Position numbers and translations under genes: made by a program. Positions 58,496 to 64,000 of a stretch of 64,000 nt of DNA are shown in pieces (positions within the stretch are counted from its first letter, which is position 1; every line of letters starts with the position of its first letter). Below the pieces are notes generated by a model. It searched no databases. It saw only the letters and a list, made by a program, of their open reading frames with translations, and was not told the origin of the DNA. The DNA is from Minisyncoccota bacterium (GTDB lineage: Bacteria; Patescibacteriota; Minisyncoccia; JAHIHE01; JAGLIN01), in NCBI GenBank assembly GCA_028690055.1, contig JAQVBZ010000004.1:1855-65854 (forward strand), in the 5' to 3' direction.

Positions 58496-59053
58496 ATGTA
58501 CAAGTCAAGATTAAAAGAGAAATATGCCAAAGAAATCGTTCCTGATCTCAAGAAGGAGCTGAACTACCCGAATATAATGGCTGTTCCGAAAGTCAGCAAA
58601 GTGGTAGTCAACGTCGGCTTGGGGAATATTCTCAAGAACAGCAGCGACGATCTCAAAAATATCACTGAAGATTTTGAAAATATCGTGGGACAGAAACCTG
58701 TGATTACCAAAGCGAAGAAAGCTATTTCCAGCTTCAAGATCCGTGAAGGCATGCCGGTAGGAATGATGGTAACACTACGCGGAGATCGGATGTATGAATT
58801 CCTCGATAGGTTGGCCAATGTGGTTTTGCCGCAGATGAGAGACTTTCGCGGACTCAAGAAATCCGCTTTCGATGGGAATGGGAATTATAGTATCGGTATG
58901 AAAGAGCATATCGTTTTCCCTGAGGTTACTCGGGATAATATCAAGACCATCTTTGGGATGGAAGTGAATATCACTACTGACGCCAAGACTGACGAAGAAG
59001 CTTATCTGCTTCTCAAGAAAATGGGTCTTCCAATCGTAGAGAAGATTGCTTAA
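58496..59053 (+). CDS. rplE: 50S ribosomal protein L5
   Basis: GQKPVITKAKK, FKIREG, RDFRG, FDGNGNY. Confidence 0.98.
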   Translation: MYKSRLKEKYAKEIVPDLKKELNYPNIMAVPKVSKVVVNVGLGNILKNSSDDLKNITEDFENIVGQKPVITKAKKAISSFKIREGMPVGMMVTLRGDRMYEFLDRLANVVLPQMRDFRGLKKSAFDGNGNYSIGMKEHIVFPEVTRDNIKTIFGMEVNITTDAKTDEEAYLLLKKMGLPIVEKIA

Positions 59054-59081
59054 TAATATTAAATAAATCAAATTAATTACT

Positions 59082-59267
59082 ATGGCAAGAACAGCATTAA
59101 TAGTAAAAGCACAAAAAAAACCGAAGTTTTCCACCCGTATCGTCCGCCGATGCTGGAAGTGTGGAAGAAATCACGGATATCTCAGTAAATTTGACCTCTG
59201 CCGGATTTGTTTCCGAGAGCTGGCAAGCAAGGGAGAATTGCCGGGAGTCAAGAAGAGCAGCTGGTAA
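59082..59267 (+). CDS. rpsN: 30S ribosomal protein S14, type Z
   Basis: [28 protein letters not shown]. Confidence 0.97.
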   Translation: MARTALIVKAQKKPKFSTRIVRRCWKCGRNHGYLSKFDLCRICFRELASKGELPGVKKSSW

Positions 59268-59302
59268 TTTTTGATTTGAAATTCAGTCTTTTACACATAT
59301 AC

Positions 59303-59348
59303 GGGTCCCGGATATTTTGCAGAGCAGAATTTCGGGATGACAGACAAG
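59303..59348. repeat. Solo GTCA cap inside the spc operon
   Basis: Reverse reads CTTGTCTGTCATCCCGAAATTCTGCTCTGCAAAATATCCGGGACCC, like 29418. Confidence 0.75.
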
Positions 59349-59383
59349 CTGTCAGTTTTTATAAATAATGTTAATTTTTTGAT

Positions 59384-59779
59384 ATGACTATGACAGATCC
59401 AATCGCGGATATGCTCACACGAATAAGGAATGCGCAAAGAGCTAACCACATCAAAGTACAAATGCCTTCTTCGAACTTCAAGTTGGCTATTGCAAAGATT
59501 CTCAAGAAAGAGGGTTATATTGAAGATGTAATCCAATACAAAAAGGGCTTCAAAGTCACGTTGGAAATCGTGCTCAAGAAAAGCGATGATAAATATGCGA
59601 TTGCTGAAATCCAGAGGGTAAGCAGACCTGGGCAGCGCGTGTATGTCGGTAAGAGCAGAATCCCTAAAATCTTGAACGGATATGGTCTTGCAATCATTTC
59701 CACGTCCCAGGGGCTTATGACCAACGAGGATGCCAAGGAAAAAGGCTTGGGCGGAGAGATCGTTTTCAAAGTCTGGTAG
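59384..59779 (+). CDS. rpsH: 30S ribosomal protein S8
   Basis: DPIADMLTRIRNA, SRPG.RVY, ISTSQG. Confidence 0.98.
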   Translation: MTMTDPIADMLTRIRNAQRANHIKVQMPSSNFKLAIAKILKKEGYIEDVIQYKKGFKVTLEIVLKKSDDKYAIAEIQRVSRPGQRVYVGKSRIPKILNGYGLAIISTSQGLMTNEDAKEKGLGGEIVFKVW

Positions 59780-59820
59780 AAAGACCTTCGTCCATAATAA
59801 TTTAACTCTAGATAATATAT

Positions 59821-60366
59821 ATGAGTAAGATAGGAAAAAAAGCCATAGAGATTCCGAGCGGCGTCACGGTTACTCTGGGCGATAAGAACAAAGTCAGTGT
59901 GAAAGGCCCGAAAGGGGAATTGGCAGCGAGCTTCGATGCGGAAATCAAAATTGTAATCGAGGGGAATGAATTGACCGTCAATCCGCGCAAAGATATCAAA
60001 AGGCTGTATGCGCTCTGGGGGCTCACCCGCAGTTTGATTGCCAATATGATTGAAGGAGTCGTCAAGGGCTACGAGAAAAAATTGGAATTGCAAGGGGTAG
60101 GTTACAAAGTCGTTCTCAAAGGCAACGATTTGGATTTGGCCTTGGGATTCTCGCACCCGGTACTTTTCAAAGCTCCGGAAGGAATCAAATTCGTTGTAGA
60201 AAAGAATGTCATTACTATTGCCGGCATCGACAAGCAGTCAGTAGGTCAGGTGGCGGCAGAAATCAGAAAGCTCAGGAAGCCGGAACCGTACAAAGGTAAA
60301 GGAGTTCGCTATGTAGGTGAACAGGTAAGACGGAAGGCTGGAAAGAAAGTCGGATCAGGAAGCTAA
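59821..60366 (+). CDS. rplF: 50S ribosomal protein L6
   Basis: MSKIGK, VKGPKG, GVGY, PEPYKGKG. Confidence 0.98.
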   Translation: MSKIGKKAIEIPSGVTVTLGDKNKVSVKGPKGELAASFDAEIKIVIEGNELTVNPRKDIKRLYALWGLTRSLIANMIEGVVKGYEKKLELQGVGYKVVLKGNDLDLALGFSHPVLFKAPEGIKFVVEKNVITIAGIDKQSVGQVAAEIRKLRKPEPYKGKGVRYVGEQVRRKAGKKVGSGS

Positions 60367-60415
60367 TATTTGAAAAGAATTTTCTTTAGATATTAAGATA
60401 ATATTAATTATAAAT

Positions 60416-60772
60416 ATGATAGATAAAGTGAAAGCCAAAAGAGACGGGAGACTGAGACGGCACAATCGTGTGCGCGCTAAAGTTTCAGGGACGGCTGAAA
60501 TCCCCCGACTTAATGTCTTCAGGAGCAACAAGGGTCTATTTATCCAGCTCATCGATGATGTGGACGGTAAGACCTTGGCAAGCGTCAATGACGCCGATGT
60601 GAAGACGGGCAAGACCAAGGTGGAGAAAGCCAAAGAAGCCGGAAAGCTGATCGCCAAGAAGGCGGAAGATATAAAGATCAAGAAGGCTGTCTTTGACCGA
60701 GGCGGTTATAAATATCACGGCAGAACGCAAGCAGTTGCCGAGGGCGCGAGAGAAGGCGGACTTGAGTTCTAA
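60416..60772 (+). CDS. rplR: 50S ribosomal protein L18
   Basis: [29 protein letters not shown]. Confidence 0.98.
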   Translation: MIDKVKAKRDGRLRRHNRVRAKVSGTAEIPRLNVFRSNKGLFIQLIDDVDGKTLASVNDADVKTGKTKVEKAKEAGKLIAKKAEDIKIKKAVFDRGGYKYHGRTQAVAEGAREGGLEF

Positions 60773-60799
60773 TTTATTAATAAACGTTTGCTTTAAAAT

Positions 60800-61441
60800 A
60801 TGATAAAGAAAGAAGACAATAAAAGAAGGAAAGGCGGCTTCAACAAGAAGCGGGAAAAACCTGAGTTCGATCAGAAGGTGATCGATATCGCCCGTGTGAC
60901 TCGTGTCGTAAAAGGCGGAAAGAGATTCAGCTTTCGGACCACGGTGGTTATCGGTGACAAGAAGGGGCGCGTCGGCGTCGGTGTTGCCAAGGGTCCTGAC
61001 ATGAAAGTCTCAACGGAAAAATCTTTCGCACAGGCTAAGAAGAATCTGGTGAAAGTGAGCTTTACCGGAAATACCGTTCCTTATCAGGTGGAGCAGAAAG
61101 TGGGTAGTGCTCATGTGCTTATCAAGCCGGCAGTCAAAGGACGCGGTATCGTTGCCGGTGGTGCGGTGCGTGCAGTCATGAATCTGGTCGGAGTGAGAGA
61201 TATTTCGGCCAAGATGTTGGGATCCAAGAACAAGCTCAGTAATGCTCGCGCGACTATCAAAGCGTTGGAAATTTTCTCTGTCAAAACCGTAGGTGAGATG
61301 AAAAAGGAAAAGACCAAAGCTGAGGAGAAGGAAAAAGTTGCTGCGGCGGCAACTAAGACCAAGACTCCTATTGAAGACAGTAAAGCAGAAGAACCTAAGA
61401 AGGCTATCAAGCCGAAAACAGCTACCAAAAAAGCGGAATAA
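60800..61441 (+). CDS. rpsE: 30S ribosomal protein S5 with K/E/A-rich tail
   Basis: RVTRVVKGGKRFSF, GIVAGGAVRAV. Confidence 0.97.
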   Translation: MIKKEDNKRRKGGFNKKREKPEFDQKVIDIARVTRVVKGGKRFSFRTTVVIGDKKGRVGVGVAKGPDMKVSTEKSFAQAKKNLVKVSFTGNTVPYQVEQKVGSAHVLIKPAVKGRGIVAGGAVRAVMNLVGVRDISAKMLGSKNKLSNARATIKALEIFSVKTVGEMKKEKTKAEEKEKVAAAATKTKTPIEDSKAEEPKKAIKPKTATKKAE

Positions 61442-61477
61442 AATCCGATATTAATTTAGGTAAAGTCTATTAATTAT

Positions 61478-61927
61478 ATGCAGCTACATCAATTAACGCC
61501 GAACCCAAAGGCGAAAAAGAAAAGAGTCGGTCGAGGAGGAGCTCATGGAACGACGGCGACCCGTGGTACCAAGGGGCAGAAATCACGATCCGGCGGGGGA
61601 AAAGGAAAGAACTTTACAGGAGAAAAAATTCCGCTGTTCCGTAAGACTCCGAAATTGAGAGGTTTCAAGAGTTTGCGACCAAAGAATTTGGCGGTGAACC
61701 TTTCCCAAATCGAAGCTAAATTCGAAAATGGCGAGGTGGTAAATCCTGTCAGCTTGTTTCAAAAAGGGCTCATCAGAAGCGGCAGGGGTGCTGCAGTCAA
61801 AATTCTGGGTAATGGAGAGATAAGCAAGAAGAATATTTTTGAAAATTGTTTAGTGTCCAAGACGGCTGAGGAAAAAATCAAGAAAGCCGGAGGAGAAATC
61901 AAAGGAGAGCTTGAATCTCTCGCCTAA
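61478..61927 (+). CDS. rplO: 50S ribosomal protein L15
   Basis: RVGRG, RGTKGQKSRSG, PKLRGF, KILGNG. Confidence 0.97.
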   Translation: MQLHQLTPNPKAKKKRVGRGGAHGTTATRGTKGQKSRSGGGKGKNFTGEKIPLFRKTPKLRGFKSLRPKNLAVNLSQIEAKFENGEVVNPVSLFQKGLIRSGRGAAVKILGNGEISKKNIFENCLVSKTAEEKIKKAGGEIKGELESLA

Positions 61928-62085
61928 GAGTTTGTCTGAGAAGTAATCTTCGTTACGAAACCGTAAAATTTCGAGCGAAAAAATGAAAATCGAGGAAGGC
62001 TATCGTTTAATAACGTGACGAGACTTGGACCTTTTGCAGTCGAAATTTTACGGTTGTAGCAGGAAAAGACTTCTCAAGCAGGCTC
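61928..62085. mobile_element. 158-bp MITE with TAA target duplication (IS5/IS1031-like ends)
   Basis: TAA|GAGTTTGTCTGAGAAGT...ACTTCTCAAGCAGGCTC|TAA; perfect 16-bp internal IR 61959-61974 / 62040-62055. Confidence 0.75.
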
Positions 62086-62110
62086 TAAATAAAATTTTAA
62101 AAAATTTCTT

Positions 62111-63382
62111 ATGATGAGAAAAATAAAGCAGATCATAAAAGACAAAGAGCTTCGTAATAAGATTGTTTTTGTCTCTTGTATGTTGCTGGTGTTCCGTTTG
62201 GCTGCGCATATCCCGATTCCTATTGTCGACGCGACACGTCTTAAGGATCTTTTTCAAAGCAATCAAATGCTCGGAATGATGAATATTTTGACCGGAAGCG
62301 GAATGGAGAACTTTTCTTTGGTGATGCTTGGTGTCGGACCTTACATTACCGCATCAATCATTATGCAGCTTTTGACAATGATTTCTCCCAAAATGAAAGA
62401 GATCTATCACGAGTCGGGCGAAGAAGGCAGGAGAAAATTCAATCAATTGACTAGGCTTTTCACTGTACCCTTGGCACTTCTTTCCGGTTTCGGAATGATT
62501 ACTTTGCTGCGCAACCAAGGTGTGATCCTAGCTTCAGTTGACAATATTCAGATTATTTTAACACTCATTACTATCACCGCAGGTACGGTTTTCCTGATGT
62601 GGTTAGGAGAACTCATCTCGGAGAAAAACATCGGAAATGGTATTTCGCTGATCATTTTTGCCGGTATTGTCTCCGGTATCCCGAGAACGATTTCCCAGAC
62701 AATGGAAAGCGCCATTCCATGGCCCACTGTCCTCAGTCTGCTAGTGATGGCGGTTATCGTGGTTGTCGGGGTAGTCATCATTACCGAAGGGCAGAGAAAT
62801 ATTCCTGTCTCTTACGCGCGCAGAACCTCCGGCAACAAAGTCACTAGCGCCGGTGGATCTACGTTCTTGCCACTTCGAGTCAACTCATCCGGAATGATAC
62901 CGATTATTTTCGCTATGTCTATTATGCTTTTTCCCGGAATCATAGCTTCTTTCTTCATAAATAATTCCAATGTGCAGGTTGCCGGAGCGGCGATTTGGGT
63001 GCAGAATCTTTTTGCCAACCAGCGATTCTACGAAGTCCTATATTTCGTAATGGTATTCCTCTTCACTTATTTCTATACTGCTATCGTTTTTGATTCTCAG
63101 AGTGTTGCGGAGAACCTGCAAAAACACGGTGGGTTCGTGCCGGGCATCAGGCCGGGAAGAAATACGGCGGAATACCTGGAAAAGGTCATCAATCGCATCA
63201 CTTTCGTAGGCGCCTTGTTCTTGGGGTTAATGGCGGTTCTGCCGGTCATCGGACAGAACGTAACTCATGTCAGTACTTTTGCTATCGGCGGTTCCTCCGT
63301 TCTGATCGTAGTCGGAGTGGTGCTAGATACTATAAGGCAGATAGACTCTCAACTTACTATGAGAGATTACGAAGAAATATAG
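62111..63382 (+). CDS. secY: Preprotein translocase SecY
   Basis: LGVGPYITASII, WLGELI...GNGIS, PGIRPG, GGSSVLIVVGV. Confidence 0.98.
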   Translation: MMRKIKQIIKDKELRNKIVFVSCMLLVFRLAAHIPIPIVDATRLKDLFQSNQMLGMMNILTGSGMENFSLVMLGVGPYITASIIMQLLTMISPKMKEIYHESGEEGRRKFNQLTRLFTVPLALLSGFGMITLLRNQGVILASVDNIQIILTLITITAGTVFLMWLGELISEKNIGNGISLIIFAGIVSGIPRTISQTMESAIPWPTVLSLLVMAVIVVVGVVIITEGQRNIPVSYARRTSGNKVTSAGGSTFLPLRVNSSGMIPIIFAMSIMLFPGIIASFFINNSNVQVAGAAIWVQNLFANQRFYEVLYFVMVFLFTYFYTAIVFDSQSVAENLQKHGGFVPGIRPGRNTAEYLEKVINRITFVGALFLGLMAVLPVIGQNVTHVSTFAIGGSSVLIVVGVVLDTIRQIDSQLTMRDYEEI

Positions 63383-63399
63383 TATTTGTTAAGATATAC

Positions 63400-63433
63400 C
63401 TAAAACGGTCATTAAAGGGACCGTTTTAGTTTT
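63400..63433 (+). terminator. Intrinsic terminator after secY
   Basis: CTAAAACGGTC-N8-GACCGTTTTAG-TTTT. Confidence 0.75.
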
Positions 63434-63474
63434 GTGCATTGGCGCGATATGGTGTAGAATGAATGTGTATTGCT

Positions 63475-63664
63475 TTGTCATTCTCGCCATTGCCATGGCG
63501 AGCATAAACTCCGGCGGGAATCCATGATAGTTCGGATAAAAAGAGTGTTAAAAAGATTAGAAAACCTTAAAAAAATAGATTTTTAAACGATTAAGGTATT
63601 TTGGTTTCTGAAATAATAAACTTCCTCCGGAGCTTGTCCTCGCGAAAGCAGGGGCAGGAATGGC
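63475..63664. repeat. GTCA-tagged REPIN between secY and adk
   Basis: TTGTCATTCTCGCC..ATAAACTCCGGCGGGAATCC...CAGGAATGGC; left cap like 23462, right cap like 4062-4092. Confidence 0.7.
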
Positions 63665-63726
63665 GGGCGGTATATCGATGGACACATTTATATAGATGCA
63701 GGTGGGCGTCATATTTTACTAAAATT

Positions 63727-64000
63727 ATGGATAGTAGCTTCAACATTTTACTGCTCGGTCCCTCCGGTGCCGGCAAAGGGACGCAGGCGAAACTTCTTGC
63801 GGAAAAGTACGGACTGAAACATTTGCAGAGCGGTGAGATCTTGCGCAATATGGCCGTGCAGGAAAACGATTTCGGCCGCAAGGTCAAAGCGGCGATGCAA
63901 GAAGGTTTCGTCCCCTCAGAGTGGATATTCAAAATGATCGAGGAAGAATTTTCCAAACTCGGGGAGCAGGGGGTGATTATCGATGGCTTCTCGCGCAAGC
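63727..64000 (+). CDS. adk: Adenylate kinase family protein, 5' part (window edge)
   Basis: LLGPSGAGKGTQA, HLQSGEILR, IIDGFSR; follows secY. Confidence 0.9.
   Translation, partial: MDSSFNILLLGPSGAGKGTQAKLLAEKYGLKHLQSGEILRNMAVQENDFGRKVKAAMQEGFVPSEWIFKMIEEEFSKLGEQGVIIDGFSRK

Noticed and set aside
1314-63998. Long antisense ORFs over housekeeping genes (e.g. 1314-2096, 26013-26834, 54177-54836, 63591-63998)
   Set aside because: Shadows of strongly supported plus-strand genes.

Overview
Chromosomal window from a Candidate Phyla Radiation (Patescibacteria, probably Parcubacteria) bacterium using genetic code 11. The taxonomy is inferred from the absence of rpmD between rpsE and rplO, the compact ProRS, the archaeal-type UMP kinase and AT-rich leaders that mostly lack SD sites. 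Layout: end of the alpha operon plus rplM-rpsI (1-3 kb); a defence island (4.6-17.4 kb) built on a type I R-M system whose hsd genes are interleaved with an AAA+/DUF4143 ATPase, an Rx4H HEPN protein, an orphan, a ParA-like ATPase and a frameshifted NERD gene; housekeeping and envelope genes (two mreB, GT4s, holB, frr-rseP-proS, mreCD-pbp2, mnmA, porA, pyrH, tsaC, uppP); then tuf and the S10-spc block to secY-adk. Many intergenic gaps outside the r-protein operons hold palindromic repeats of several families (GTAG-tagged REPs, GTCA-tagged REPINs, CCCCTCACCCC REPs, TIR-bounded MITEs). These are nested inside one another and appear to swap caps and cores, with no transposase in the window. Other highlights: a terminator/antiterminator-like switch between rpsJ and rplC, about ten stand-alone mini-gene cassettes (three missed by the ORF track), and a candidate sRNA. 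No tRNA, rRNA or CRISPR array was recognised. All assignments are by eye, without database searches.
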